DNA of 64,000 nucleotides from Octopus vulgaris (taxonomy: Eukaryota): contig OX597831.1 in the NCBI GenBank assembly GCA_951406725.2, positions 60,326,001 to 60,390,000 of the forward strand, in the 5' to 3' direction. How positions within the stretch are numbered: position 1 is the first letter of the stretch; every line of letters starts with the position of its first letter. Under the pieces are notes generated by a model, which had not been told where the DNA came from, did not search any database, and saw nothing but the letters and a program-made list of their open reading frames with translations. Both the position numbers and the translations under genes were made by a program. Shown here one piece after another: positions 13,636-28,645 of the stretch.

Positions 13636-16375
13636 GGTCGAAGTAAACGACGATTCGCTTCTCCCAACCATTTCGCCTATTGCAGTAACGATTATTACAA
13701 TTGTTGTTATCATTATTGTGGCGTGTATTGCTGCTATCATTATATCGGTTGTACTTTTTGGCACCCAGATAATTTAATACACACGCAAAGTTATATTGCA
13801 ATTAAATTCTTCGGAAACCCCACATTCTATCTTCATGCCACCACGTAACGACAGATACGTAAATTTGTAAATATAAACATACACCAATAAATTAAAAGAT
13901 CTCTGATATACTGAAAAAATGCTAAAATACGCAAGCAATTAAAAGTAATTGGATCAAATGTCTGATCTATATTCTTACTATATATTAAGAGAGAACTCCA
14001 TTGTGGCGTTCTCTCTCAATCTGTCGTGGTAACTCAATATTTCTACCAATCAAGCTACTTATTCCTAATTCTCTCAAGCATTTTGTTTCCCGCTGCAACA
14101 TGAACATACACCTGCATACAATATCATCTAATTTTCTCACTTAATAGGAATTTTTTTCATTGTATAATGAAGTGTAAAATACTGAATTATCCAATTAAAG
14201 ATATTTAGATGTAGAAATAGCTTGAATTAAATTGCGATGCTCTGTAAGATTTAACATTCAAGGAGGTGAATCTGAAGTGATTATGTTTCCGGAGAAAACT
14301 ATTATGTTAAAAGACAATTATTGCTGTTGGTTGTTTCTTTAAAATTTGTACTGCTGACTTCGTGTTTCTCACTGAAATATCGATTTCAAATTTATATATT
14401 GTATAGTATATATATGCATTTTCATTCTCCATATGTCAAGTTAATTAGCACTGGATCGATCAGTGTCTACTTACGTTTTAGTTATACAATAGGGAGATAT
14501 TAACTGCATTGTTAATTAATTTATAATATACACCTCAAAATTATGTTTAATGCTGTTTCTAAGCATCAAGTGTTTTGTTAGTAATAGATTATTATAGTTT
14601 ACTTAAATTGCTGATGAAGCCTTCTAACTTTTCAAATGAAATCTGTATTGTGATATCCTTCACTATCATCATCAAAATTGTAAAGAATTAATGAATTCCA
14701 TCCAATGACATCATCTCTGTATTAATTTTATGTTTTCTAACTTTCATTTAAAACTGAATGGAAATTATACTCACGCATCTAATATTCAAGAACATATCAC
14801 AAAACAATAATGTTTTGTGATATGCTAAAATTATAATTACATTACAAGTAACATGCATAAACGCAAATAACATCACAAGTGGACATGTGCTACAAATTAT
14901 ACAACGTTGTGAATAACATTCCCTCATAAAGCTAAGAGGGAACATCATCGACAAATGCAACAAACAGACTTCATGATTCACAATTGCTAGATTGATTTGC
15001 CAAATGATTAGACAAACAATGAATTATTTCGTTAAATAGTTAAGAAATAGAGGAATAATAAATGGAGATTTGAACCTGAGCGTGCGATCACTTTTCGCCT
15101 AATGCCTTCACGATATGCGACCAGATTTTTTTCCAACACACAAAGTCTCATTGAGAATACTGAAACCAAAAAACAAAAGAACGAATAAATATTTTGTAGT
15201 AAATCTTGCATTGGAAAGGTATAATTCTAGTTCTGTGTTTTTGCACTAAACCTATAAATATAGGAATAATTTTTACCGTCGGAGGAGAATATTTAATAGG
15301 AAAGACCAACAGTACCACTAGAGTAAAACTCAGAATCAGAATGAGTTATAACAAAATGGACAATAGTATCAATAAATATAAAAATGTTATGAAGTAAAGT
15401 TAGAGCAATAGGACTTCGGGGTGTTCACACGTCTGGATAAAAGAAGGAATGGAAAGATAACAAAGAAAGAAATAAAGAAAAGAAAAATGAAGAACCTGTT
15501 GCGCTGTGTCATATAATCTATAGTATTGAAGCATGTGGATAGCTACTATAATGCAAGGCCCACATTCAAGAGTTCTAATAATCGAGTTGGTATATTTTGA
15601 CACTAGCAGGCACCTACACATATTTACATACGTAATCGTGCACAGATAATTCAATTCTTGGACCTACGAACACATGTGCAGAGTTAAAGTTCCTGTAAAT
15701 TTTATTACTATAATCGTAGCAACTGATGCTTAAAGAGCATTAATTCCTGATTAGAAGTGCGTATGTTTGTGTGCGTAAATTTTTATATATTTGCGCGCGA
15801 ATTTGTGCGTATGTGTGCATGTCTGTGTGTGTGTGAAATATTTCTTGTTTGTACAGTGAAATGTACTCTTGTCACACAAATGTCATCACCCTGTCTAGCA
15901 GTTGTGAGTTGGTATGACAGCTACTGTACTATATTATCGCTATAATGATATAAAAAGCAAATCAAAACGTTAAACGCAAAAAGCAGTTTGTATCATTTGT
16001 TCCTTAGGTATGGTTCTCTATCGTGCTTATTTTACTAAACTGACGTAGATTTTCGAAGTGTAATAGGGCACTGCAAACCCAGCAGTTTTCAGGAGTACAC
16101 TTAATTGCGTTATATTTACGCAAATTAAAAACTGTTTATTACGGTTGCGTTATCTGTCGGCGTTGCATTTTGATTTCCAATTCAATTCAGCGGAAACAAC
16201 AAACACCGGAGTTTATAAATATTGCAGCAACACCCACCATATTTTTTCTTCTGTTCTTATACGTGGTTACATTAGCGATTTCAGTTTCTTCGTTGTTATT
16301 ATATGTCTAATAAACTATGTACATCACAATTATCAGCTATATTTCCGCCCATGTGACAGATATAAATACCATATA

Positions 16376-16640
16376 AAAAAATAAATGCACTTTTTTTTTT
16401 AAAGCCTAGCCAGGCTCATGGGCCCGGTTTCCTGGTTTCCATGGCGTATGTGTGCCCCAGCTGGATGGGACGCCAGTCCGTCGCAGCGTTACTCATTTTT
16501 GCCAGCTGAGTGGACTGGAGCAACGTGAAATGAAGTGTTTTGCTCAAAAACACAACACGACGCTCGGTCCAGGAATCGAAACTACAATCTTGCGATCATG
16601 AAGCTGACACCCTAACCACTAAGCCACAGCGCCTCCACTG
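16376..16640 (-). mobile_element. tRNA-derived SINE with 13-bp TSD
   Basis: Minus-strand head GTGGAGGCGCTGTGGCTTAGTGGTTAGGGTG..GTTTCGATTCC. Body contains GACTGGCGTCCCATCCAG (resembles a V/Meta-SINE-type conserved block). TSD TAAATACCATATA at 16363-16375 and 16641-16653. Confidence 0.88.
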
Positions 16641-18624
16641 TAAATACCATATACTATCTCTTTTGCGTATGATATTTTTATTCATCCCTCATACTGTTAT
16701 CTAACATGACCTATGTATGATTTTCCAGTGGCTGAGTGATACATTTAGATGTTACATCTATCTACTACAAAATAAACCTAAGCCTCTTTTGGTCTACTTT
16801 TGGTAAGTACTTTGTCATATGGTTTTGTCACTAAATTTCTGAACTCTCCGTCGAGAACAATTTTTCTTAAAGAATATACCATGTCGTTAATTTCACATTA
16901 TTGTTAATAATAATTCATATTGATTTAATGTTAATCAATTTAGCCTTTCTAATCTTCGAGTGAAATAAAGTAGGAAAAATGAAATGCATGCAATTCGGGT
17001 CTTCCAGCGTCAATATATCCCCAAGAATCACATTTATGAAAGTAAAAGTAGCAACAGTTGTATTATTAACTTCCCTGTATATTTTGATTAGTTATTATAC
17101 TTTTCAACATAACACGATCTCATTTCAGGTCAGTGGCCTTTTTATGTAATCGCTTATAACTTCTTTAGAATGTATTATACATTAACTGTTCTTATATTAC
17201 GGAACTTGTTGTGGCACCGAGTTTCACAGCTCTGCTTCTATTTTAATGAAGTGTTGATATAAAAGGCTAATATTGCTCTTTGTTTTATATTCATTGTTTT
17301 TTATATACTTCAATATAGTTAGTCTCCACCCCGCTCTCTCTATATATATATCTCTCTCTCTCACTCTCTCTCTCATGTGTATTTCAACCCAGAAGTTTCA
17401 ATTTGTGTGATATGTGCGTAAATTTATTTCTTTTTCTTTTATAGTTTTCTGAGTTTATCGATTTCAAACTTGTTTCTACTGTCACTTAATAATGTATTGT
17501 TTGTATTTAGCAGTCTAGCTAATCTGTTGGGATTTGGGGGCAATTACATGATTTCTTTCCCTTGTAATCTTAGATATCCTATTACATTTAGAATGAAGAT
17601 GTTTGTTTCATCGGTTGATGTATGGACAATATATGTATGGCATTCTGTTGCCTAATTTGCATTAAAATAACTTCAGTTCTCACTTGTGGATGCCATTTCA
17701 ATCGTTCGCTTTCATGAATATTTTTAGCACATTAATATTTGTGATAGTTCGTTATGTATTATAAACCATTTTTGATGTTCTTATCTCGCAAGTTATTCTT
17801 CTTTTTTTTTTCGAAATGATCCCTTCTGACGTGTGTTGTTTTGTATAGGTTCAACTGATACGTCGCAGGATTTGTTTTGGACATTATCATGGAGGTCAAT
17901 ATTTGATAACTTATGGATTTTATATTGTAAAGACATTAATACTACTTCTGAAAGACGCTTGCTTCACACGATATCTTAATTTAATTTTCAAATGGCGTTC
18001 ATTCGCATGAATAATATAGCAACAATTTATTTCTCCCTAGAGAAAATAATGATGTGTAATGTATTTTTCTGCGGGTAACACTTGCGTACATAAGAGTAGA
18101 GAACCTCCAGAATGTTAATGTTTTCATGTACTCAAAAATATAATTTGTCAAATCTTACGTATAATCAAGTTTTATCACTCTCTGAGCATTTAGGAAGAAC
18201 GATCGTGAAGTTTGAGTGATGAAGTCGCACGTAAAAAATGTTTTTACCATCACAGAATTTAAAGTTTTGATAATAAATTCCGCTTCACACATCCCCACGC
18301 ATATACACATATATCTGTATGTCCGTGTGCGCGTGTGAGTGCATGTGTATAATTTTACTAATGATATTAATGCGCCTTTTCCTTGCTTAATCTATTTTTA
18401 TACTTCATACTTAAGCGGCTCATTCACTGTTATTTTACCACTGTCGAAACACGGTTTTACATAAGCTTTGTTTCAGGCTTAAATATGTATTCACCCATAT
18501 CTTTCCTGAAGAGTTAACATAAACTCACGTACAAAATCTGTATTTTGAATCTATCCCATATGCTAAACATAACTTAAAATTTATCCCTTACCAATTATGA
18601 TGAGCAGTGTAACAGTATTGCCTA

Positions 18625-18825
18625 ACGGCGGCAAGGTGGCATAATCTTTAGCACGCCAGGGAAAATGCTGAGCGGCATTTCGGCCTTATTTATGTTCTCA
18701 GTTCAAATTCCGCCGACGTCCACCTTACCTTTCCAGTTTGCAGGGTCGATAAAATAAGAACCAATCTATGTAATCTATCCCGCCCCACCGAAATTGTTGG
18801 CATAGTGCCAACATTTCAAATCAAT
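18625..18825 (+). mobile_element. Degenerate Nin/Deu-domain SINE
   Basis: GGCGGCAAGGTGGCATAATCTTTAGCACGCC..CAGTTCAAATTCCGCCGACGTC..GGGTCGATAAAATAAGAACC. Confidence 0.75.
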
Positions 18826-19134
18826 ATTAGTATAAATTTAGGGAAGATTTTTTTTTTATTTCTATTTATGTCTATTATGTTTCTATTATTTCTATTATGT
18901 TTCGACGTCTTCTGATTAAAGCAATTACTATGGATGGACATTTCGTTTTCCATGAATTTATATTATTTATTTATTTTGCTGGGTCTTTTTTTAGCAACAG
19001 AGTGATTATTATCTTCGTATACTGTTATTTTGCTTACAAAAGATATATTAAATTTATAAATATTTATTTGTATATTTATTTAATTCATGGCAAATTTATG
19101 TATTTCATTTTCATCACTTTTTATAACTGCTCTC

Positions 19135-19175
<41 letters not shown>

Positions 19176-20210
19176 CTCGTTCTGTCTCACTCACTTTGTT
19201 TCTCTCTCAACACATACGAAATTAGTAAATATTTCACGGGAAAATATCAGTAGTAATTTGCTTAAGCGCTTTTTTTATTTCAGTGGTACTTTTTTTCATA
19301 AATATACACCTACACGCCTAAATCGAGCATGTTTAACATCCCGAAGGTTACATGAACTCTTGTCTGTCTTATATTTGTTTCCACTACGTTGGAATCAAAT
19401 AATATTGCCAAATATATAGAACGATAAAAGAGGTTTTGTCAAATATAATATTTATCTTTCGGATGCATAAAGAAAGAGACTTGGTAGATTATATATACGG
19501 TCGGAAAGCTTGGAGAAAATTAAGAACATGTGATGTTTGCAATGATTTCATTCAGGATTCTATAGATAGTGTGACGCAATATGCGGATTTCTTTTGAAAT
19601 CCAGGCACTAATGACATAAATCTATAGTCGTTACAATAACATTATGGTCATTTCTGAAGATTTATACTCTAAGCAGCACGGTATGTCGTGGTGTTAATTA
19701 TTTGGGACCAAGTATAGCTAACTTTTACGTTATTCTTATTAATCTGAACAACAAATACTTAATTCAGAAAAATCTAGCCGGTGTATTAGACTATACAATC
19801 ATGCTAAAAGAGAAGATAAGATTAAAAATATTGTCTAAGTTCTTTTAATTCCTGTTGCAGCTCCCTGAATGTCCAAAGTTTTCTTTGAGAAAATAAGGTG
19901 AGAAACTGTATTGAATATATTCATACACGGAAGCATACGCTCTGCTGCAAGCATAAGTGATCATGCACATCACCCCACCGTTCACCATATATGTTTGTGT
20001 GCGCACACGTCCCTTTATATGTGTGTCCATATACAAATATTCGTAATGATTCACAAACACACATGCAAGTATATATATATATATATATATATAAATATTT
20101 ATATATATATATATATACGTGCCTATAAATATACATGAATGTATATATACTTATGTGTACATATATATATATAAATATGTGTGCGTCAGTATATAAATCT
20201 ATACATACAT

Positions 20211-20242
<32 letters not shown>

Positions 20243-21153
20243 ATGTGCATGTGTGTATATATATATATATGTGTGTATGTGTGTGTATGTGTATGTGTGT
20301 GTATGTGTGTGTGTATGTGTGTGTGTGAAATCATGCTAGAAGTTTATCTTCCTACCTCAGGGAATAATAGTTACAAACATATTGTATTGAACATAAATAA
20401 ATACACTATATTCTGTAATATATTAATCTTAAACTTTTGTCTTTACTATAAAGTTATTACGCAGCTGAATCTTATCTATGATTGCACGTTCAAAAATATG
20501 AATTTTCAAATTTTCGTATTAATAATGTATAATTTCAACTATTATATGTAACCAACATTAGCCAAGTAGCATTTATTCAAATGATAACACAAACATTAAT
20601 ACGTAACTCTGTTCCCTAGAAATATTATAATTGCTGCATTACTCTCTTTTCCCTTACTATCCTATTCTTCCGTCGATAGTTGATTCCATTCCAAATATGT
20701 ATTATTCATTTATATGTAGACGCACAGACATCTATGTATGCAACTTTTCCTGTTTCAAATACTGAAATAACCCCTAGAAATGAAGATGCATCTGTAGGAT
20801 TTAATTATATCTGCATTAAGATATCACATGCTGATGTTTTGAAATGTATTTTAAAAGTTCTCTGTCGTATTCTGATTAAGCCGTATATGGTCTAAATGGT
20901 TTCCTTACTTTCCTTCAAATTCCTCGAAAATTAGACGAAAAGCACGTCTTTAAGCCTGAAATTCAACAATACGATACAAAATTAGAAATCGAATCTTGAC
21001 TGAAAATAATAAAGGTAATGACAAAAGTAACGTGCTAAGTATTTTTATGGCTGGTTTATTGCTTAACATTCGCTTTAGGATTATAGAAAGGCAGATAATA
21101 AGTTCATTTTCTTAAACAAAGAGTGTTATATGTTATAATAGTTCTGTTCCATA

Positions 21154-21350
21154 AGGCAGAGAGCTGGCAGATTAGTTACTGCACCGGGCAAAATGCTTAT
21201 CTTCCGATTCTATACTGAGTTCAAACTTGGCCGAAATGGACTTTGTCTTTCAACATCTCGGGGTCGATAAAATAAGTAACAGTCAAGCACTGGATTCGAC
21301 TTGCCCGCTACCCATAAAATTCCAGGCCTTGTACCTATAGCAGAAAGTAA
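21154..21350 (+). mobile_element. Degenerate Nin/Deu-domain SINE
   Basis: GGCAGAGAGCTGGCAGA..GAGTTCAAAC..GGGGTCGATAAAATAAGTAAC..AGGCCTTGTACCTATAGCAGAAAG. Confidence 0.72.
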
Positions 21351-21749
21351 TATTTCTGTAACATGATATTCCTGTAATATTATATATACATAAATGATAT
21401 AACTAATATCCCCGAGTTCGGACTTGTCCAATGATTCACCGACCAACTCATATTCAAGCATAATTAACATGTTCAAGCAGATATCCAAGTAAATTGTATT
21501 TTCAGTATAGGTAAAATGTGTTTTGTAAACAGTACTAAGCAAAGGAGCACCGATAGTGGATGTAGTAGGAAATTCTGCATAACTGTTTCACTTTTCCTAT
21601 AATGAAAGGAAAGCTTTTCCCGAATTTGCGTAAAACAATCAAACGGAAATGCACTTTCGAAATAGGCACTATTATTCTCGATAGTCATAATAATTCAAAG
21701 TACTATCATCCGGCGTATTTTATATTATAATTCTGTAGCGTCAGCGTCA

Positions 21750-22120
21750 GTGGCGGCGCAATGGCCCAGTGGTTAGGGCAGCGGACTCGCGGTCGGAGGA
21801 TCGCGGTTTCGATTTCCAAACCGGGCGTCGTGTGTGTTTATTGAACGAAAACACCTAAAGCTGCACGAGGCTCCGGCAGGGGGTAGTGGTGACCACTGTT
21901 GTACTCTTTCACGCCAACTTTCTCTCACTCTTTCTTCCTGTTCCTTGTCCCCGACTTCCATCCGTCGATAATCTTGGCGTCGGGGGTTGACCTGCTTCCT
22001 CTTCTGTGGGTCATACGAATCGCAAAGGACCACGTTTCGGACTTATCCCACTACAGAGGCGCGATCTTGCGAGTTCTGCGACGAAAGACCGCTTCGCCCA
22101 ACAAACAAGCATCAGCGTCA
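21750..22120 (+). mobile_element. tRNA-headed retroelement 5' region (SINE head plus GC-rich extension)
   Basis: A box TGGCCCAGTGG and B box GTTTCGATTTCC. Head shared with 43801; extension shared with 53520-53790 (minus). Confidence 0.8.
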
Positions 22121-22695
22121 AGTTCATCCAAAGATACGTATTGCTTTACGGGATTGCCTCAGAACTTCTTGCGAAATCTTGGACAATTTTTAATCCACAA
22201 CCCAGTATAACTAAACTACTACGTATGTCGGTGAATTAGCGGAATCTACGCAAGTGAAATCATTCGGGCGAAGTCTTCGTTTTCACGACGTCGTTCGTGC
22301 AGAATACCATGGAGAGTGACTTCTGTCTTGCTTAAGCTGTAACGAAAACAACTATCTAATCCGTAAATTGATTCACTGTATTATTATAATGCCCTTTTCA
22401 ATTTTGTATGAGATAAATGCTTGGTCGCAGATTAGAGATGTCAGGTACTTGGCAACATTTGAGACCATCAACATTTGGGCGCAATGAAATATTATTTAAT
22501 TACTGTGTAAGAGAAAGCGTTTGACTACATAATACCACCAATTATTTTATTTGCGACAAAAATTGTGAGAAATAATAGTCTTAATTTTCATTGCTACTCG
22601 CATATATACATATGTCGTATATTTTACGCAAAAGTGTACAAGACAGTAGTTCTCTCGAAAATTCAACTCATTCGAACTAGTGCAATATATACATA

Positions 22696-22748
<53 letters not shown>

Positions 22749-22752
<4 letters not shown>

Positions 22753-22872
22753 CCGTGATCACCGTGACCGACCAGGATATCAGATGTTGCTACACATCGC
22801 TGGTCACAATGCGCTTCACATTGTTTTAGCATTCAAATGACGCCATCCCGCTGGTTAAGCGAGCAGGCCAAC

Positions 22873-22873
<1 letters not shown>
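22749..22873 (-). mobile_element. Short SINE 3'-tail fragment inserted in (TA)n
   Basis: GC-rich 125-bp block with abrupt edges in a TA microsatellite. Minus strand ends GTCGGTCACGGTGATCACGGTGAT (short tandem tail). Family assignment is from recall. Confidence 0.5.
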
Positions 22874-22904
<31 letters not shown>

Positions 22905-25900
22905 TTGTGTATGTGTGGGTGTGTGGGTTTGTGTGCGTTAAGACAAAATAGCAATTGCCGAATAATCTCATAAACCCTTGTATCCAACGATTTTGATATT
23001 ATAGTATTTTATAATCCTAAACACCTATTTCAGTTACACTCTATCAAATCTCTACAACTTACATAGTGTTCTAACACACTGATAGATTTTAACAGTATTT
23101 TGAAGTTCTATAAATTTGATCAGTACACAACTGAGGTTTGTGTAGGTAAAATGTACTCAAATACCGTATTTGTGCTTGTCTCTCAGTAAATTAGGGCTGC
23201 AAATCGTCAAATTTTATATTGCTGAAGTAGAGAGTAAAGAATAATTTTGACAAGTATTAACTTAGCCACTCCTAGATTTGAGATCGATTCTTTCCATGGA
23301 TTGTGTTAAAAGAGATATCGAAAATATATACCTCAGTATAATATGATTACATACAATCTTCAGTTTCTCACCTTTCAACAAAAATAGAAAATCTTCAGTA
23401 TTGAAAAAGAGGTAGCCGCGGTTCATGTGAGAAACATTTCAATCTTGTTTGTGATTTTGAAGTGTAGTGTTTTTTACTGAACTCATTTCATAGCAATCAA
23501 GATGAAATTTACAAGATATCCGTTTTGCGTATATACCATAATATTAACTTTGAAGGTTTAACATGTTTATTTGTTATTATTGATTGGTTTACACGGTTAA
23601 TCAAAACAATAATTCAAGTAATTTTATTTTCAATTTAGAAGGCTTAAGAATGTTTCTATAGTACCGATATTTGAAATTGATTTTATGTAAATAATTATAT
23701 CGATTTGAAAGGAGATGGTTGTTTTACTCTGGCGTGTTCTTTGAAGTATTTATTTACTAATTACATTTTTTTATGTTTGAACTCTTTTAACTCAAAGAAC
23801 TCTTTAAAGACAAGACGAAAGTGGTGCAAAAAAGATGTCTGCACAAATCTTCAAAAGGAATACCATAGGTGACAAGTTGAAATAAATGTGTATGTTAATT
23901 GATATAAATTATAAAATCTTAAAACAAAATTAGAACAAATGAATTATATTTGGCCATAAAACTTCGTGGAAGTTATTTTCTTATTTTATAGTTTAGTTAT
24001 GATGTTGTGGTACAACATTTTTCTTTATTTGTTAAATATACGTCTTTATTCAAATTATAGTTTAGAGACAACAGATTATGGAAATAACAGGTTTGTTTTT
24101 AGTTTTATCCAATTGCTTTCGGGGGGAAAAAGATAATAAAATTTTCCATTTCTAGAAACACTGCTATTAGTATTAGATAAAATAACCATATTTTTATATT
24201 TAAGAAATTTACGCAAAATCTGAAGTCTATATAAATGTATCCGTCAAATGTATGTTTTCGCTAAGATATCTTTAACAGATGTCTGATTTAGATTTTTGTG
24301 CAATTAGAAAAAACCCCAGATATATCAGCGAAGAGTTTGATGCACTTTTTAACACGTTTCAGAAATTCACTTGCATTTGATAAATACATTTCTTATATCA
24401 CACTTATGATTTTGTTTTGCAATGATTTTGTTTGATGTGAAATTGTATGTTGAACTATATATTGTTATACTTTGAGATGTTTTCTTGTCAATTAAAAACA
24501 CCCACTATTTATTTGTCATTCACTTTAGCATTATTATTATTGTTATTATTATTATTATCATCATCATTATTATTATTATTATTATTATTAATATTATTAT
24601 TATTATTATAATCATCATCATCATCATCATTATTATTATAATTGTTGTTGTTGTTGTTGTTATTACTATTATTTTATGGTTTAATCAGTTTTTCGAATGG
24701 GCAGGACATGACAAGATAGGCAAACAAAGAGTCAATGGTCGCCGGGATGCTTTGCTAGTGTAATGATGTATTTAAAGTTCAAACAAAAAAGAGGGTACTA
24801 TATTGATAGACGAGGTAAAATATATAGTACACATCCGGGCTTTTTCTACCTCCGATTTGAAAACCATCCACACGAGTTATTGTCTTAATTTTTTTTCTAC
24901 TCGATGAATAATGTATCTATCTATTATCAGGTTTGTTTTCCTCTCTCACACTTTAGCATCTGAGAACAAATGTTTGTATATCGATTCTAATAAAGCCGTA
25001 GGTATAACCTAGATCTCCAGAGCACGACACTTTGAAATTTTCTAGGACTACAGATGGAAGCTAATATTTGATGACTGGCATCTAAAACTTCGAACGATAT
25101 CACACGGCTTTCAGTTACAAGGAATATAAGACATTTAAGCAATTTCTGCCCAAATAGAAAAGAAAGGCACAATCAAGGGAAGAATCGAAGTGAGGTATGA
25201 TCAGCGATATATATCAACATCTGATACTCCAGCAAAAAGGAATAACGTCCGCATTAATTCTACATTCACTAAATATGAATGAAATATTACAGGTTGCGTT
25301 TCTAATACACGAAGAATATGCTGAAAGACTTGAAAATGTAGTTTGCAGCTGCATGGAAGTATGTTTAAAATGTAAACCTTGGGAATTGCATTTCCTTCTC
25401 TGAACATTCAAACAGAGGGAATGTCAACGATTATTGTTTGAAAGAGCTATTTTCTTGTGAATTCAGTGAATTGTATGTTTATCAGATGTCTAGCGCGATG
25501 AGAAGGCAATTTGGAAAATATATGTCGAGTTTCCTTGAATAATTCTACCTATCTTTCATTACCCACCGGCAAACAGTGATTTTAAACAGACAATAGCTAC
25601 TTCAACAACGAAAGCCAAGAAAGAGCACACTAGCTTTTAACGTGATCTATTCTCTAAATTTGCATTTCGGAATATCCATATTGATTTTGGCATTAAGTCA
25701 ATTTAGATTGAATTGACAATAACAACATTGTTTTCATCAGAAATGGCTTAAGCTTACTTGTTAACGTGATTAAATTAAAATTGAAAAGTAATCTATTAGA
25801 GTTTCTTCTGAGTTTCTTTTTTTTTTGTCATTTCTAAGGTATTTTATGAACAAGATTAGATATATTTGTCAAGGGGTTTTGACATAAATTGGCACCACTG

Positions 25901-27683
25901 CTACTTAATAAACAAAGTTAGTTTCTATAATTTATCTATATTTGAATTTTTGTACATGTTCAACAAACAGCTTAGAGTTTAATTTTAAAGTATACTAAAA
26001 AAAATTAAGTCTTAGATTAAATAACTTAAATCAATTTCGCGATAGTTTTTCTTTTTTCACTTTTATTTAAATTAAAATATTCTACTTGTTTATATGTGTC
26101 TTTCTGCATGCTTTTATTTATTGACAGAATATATTTTATTCGTGTAATACTTATTTATGTACTTTCTTAAATGAAAATTTCAGATGGCAACAATACTTCA
26201 AAATGTATAGGTTACCCCATCTTTGCATCTTCTATGTTTCGAAAGAAATATGATACCCCGTAAATATTTATCAATGTGGCTTAGGAACTAGAATTGTAGT
26301 ATGTATCAATGACACTGAGAATGAATACCTAAATGATGTTATAATGTAGATATTAGTGATGCACCAAGTGGTGTATGGTACTTGAATGATTTTGGAGTGG
26401 TGTTAAAAAATACCTTTGGTTACAGAGAAAATACAGAGGAATACCTGTATAATCATGTCACTGTTAATAATGTGAATATTGGCAATTTCCCTTTCTGTGT
26501 TTATGAGGGGATAGAGAAGTGACAATGACTCTACGACTGAAATAATCCAATATCCGAACCATTGTTTATGGCCAATTATGACATCATTGGATAAGACTCA
26601 TAGGAACCTGTGCTTCTACGATACTCTGCCGATAGACTACATACGACCTAATTCCTTCTAATAACTTGCACATGTCTTCCAAAAGGAAATTGGTTTTAGC
26701 ACACACATAAACTTGCAGCGCTTGTCGTAGCGTCGTGAAATCTTAGTAATATTAGTAAGTCTAAACTTCACTAAAGGCATTTATGACTCAAGTGATCGTA
26801 TTAGAATTGGTTTCATGTAGCCGCTGTAAGAAGCAAAAATAGCTGAATGCCGCCGCTGCTGTTGTTAGCAAGGAAATATTACAATGACACGGTTTCCTAC
26901 ATCATTTACAGTCATTAACAGAACGTGTTTAATATGTGTAAATTAAGATAATAATTGTCAATAACTTCATATTATCATCTGAAGTCGATTAATACGTGTG
27001 TAATTTTCTTTATTTTGAAGCATATGAAGTGCTACACATATCTGTGCAGGGTTAATCATATTCTTCCAAAATCTATGAAAAATCGATTATATAGTAGTGC
27101 CTCTGACTTCAGGAAACATAACAAATAATATCCTAAAAATACACTTTTTCGTCACGAATTATGGAAAAAAGATACAACAGTGTGACAAAACATTTCATAT
27201 ATATACAAATGTTCCTATCTGTTATGCTTGTAACACTTTTGATCACACGTCAACTGCATACGGCATATCATTAAATCTAATACCAGTTTGGCTCATAATA
27301 AACTTGCTAACACCGGCTAATGTCTAGCAACAGTTAGCACATGAAATAGGAAAAAAAAATTCTAAATGGACGCTGAACGTGTAGGGATAGCAGCTTACTA
27401 AATAATACAAAATGAAATACACATTATGTTGTTCTATATATATATATATATAGGTTCTGTAAAACAATACATTTTAGGTATGGCCAAAGACTAAATGCGT
27501 CTAGTCATAGGAATCTCACCAATGTTTAGTTTGGAGAGTGTACAACAAGAAATTACCATATCAGAAAATGTTCCTCCCTCTCCTTCTCCATTTTTCTTTT
27601 CTCTTGACACACATTCAGTTCATAGGGTTAAGCACGGCAAGTCAAGGAAATATATACATATACATAAAAAAAGAACACATACG

Positions 27684-27771
<88 letters not shown>

Positions 27772-27815
27772 AGTATATATACATATATGTATATGTATCT
27801 AAACGTACATAAATA

Positions 27816-27929
27816 TACGAGGTGTTTATGAAAAGTCTTGAGCCTCAAAAATAAAAAAAATAACATTGTAGATGACTTTTGATGAAGCTACGAGACTTCA
27901 AGGCTCAAAACATTCCAAAGCCCCTCATA
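27816..27929. mobile_element. Tiny mariner-type MITE (about 114 bp) with TA TSD
   Basis: Left TA-CGAGGTGTTTATGAAAAGTCTTGAGCCT. Right end reverse-complements to TA-TGAGGGGCTTTGGAATGTTTTGAGCCT. Imperfect TIRs of about 28 bp. Confidence 0.7.
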
Positions 27930-28024
27930 TATATATATGTGTGTGTGTGTATATGTTTATACACCCACGCATACACATACACACGTACAAACGCAGACAC
28001 AGACACACAAACATATACATATAC

Positions 28025-28645
28025 TCTTTACTCTTATTTACTGCTTTACTTATTTCAGTCATTTGACTCTGGCCATGCTAGAGCACCGCCTTTAGTCGAG
28101 CACATCGATCCCATGACTTATTATTCTTATTCTATCGGTGTTTTTGCCGAACCGCTACGTTACGGTGACGTAAATACACCAGCATCGGTTGTTAAGTTAT
28201 GTTGGGGGGACAAACACATACACACAAACACACACACACATACACATACACACACATATATATTTATATATATATATAGGTGAGAAAGTTGGTGTGTGAA
28301 AGCACGTGGTTGAATATATAGAAAATAGTAAAAAGTGAAAAAAACTACAGAAGGCTTGTTTTAAAAGGTTAAAATATATATATTTGAGTCATTATGTCAG
28401 AGGAATGTAAAGAAAATTTTTTGCATACATTGACTTAGTTTTTGAAAAAATGACCGGTTTCGCGTTCAGCTTTTCAAATTTTACATCGATGTAAGAAATT
28501 TGAAAAGCTGAACGCGAAACCGGTCATTTCTTCAAAAACTACGTCATTGTATGCAAAAAATTTTCTTTACATTCCTCTGACATAATGACTCAAATATATA
28601 TGTTTTAACCTTTTAAAACAAGCCTTGTGTAGTTTTTTCACTTTT

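Noticed and set aside
26290-26560. Run of in-frame TGA codons suggesting selenocysteine or recoding
   Set aside because: TAG and TAA stops occur in the same frame, an adjacent frame is open over that stretch (a frameshift is simpler), and no SECIS was identified.
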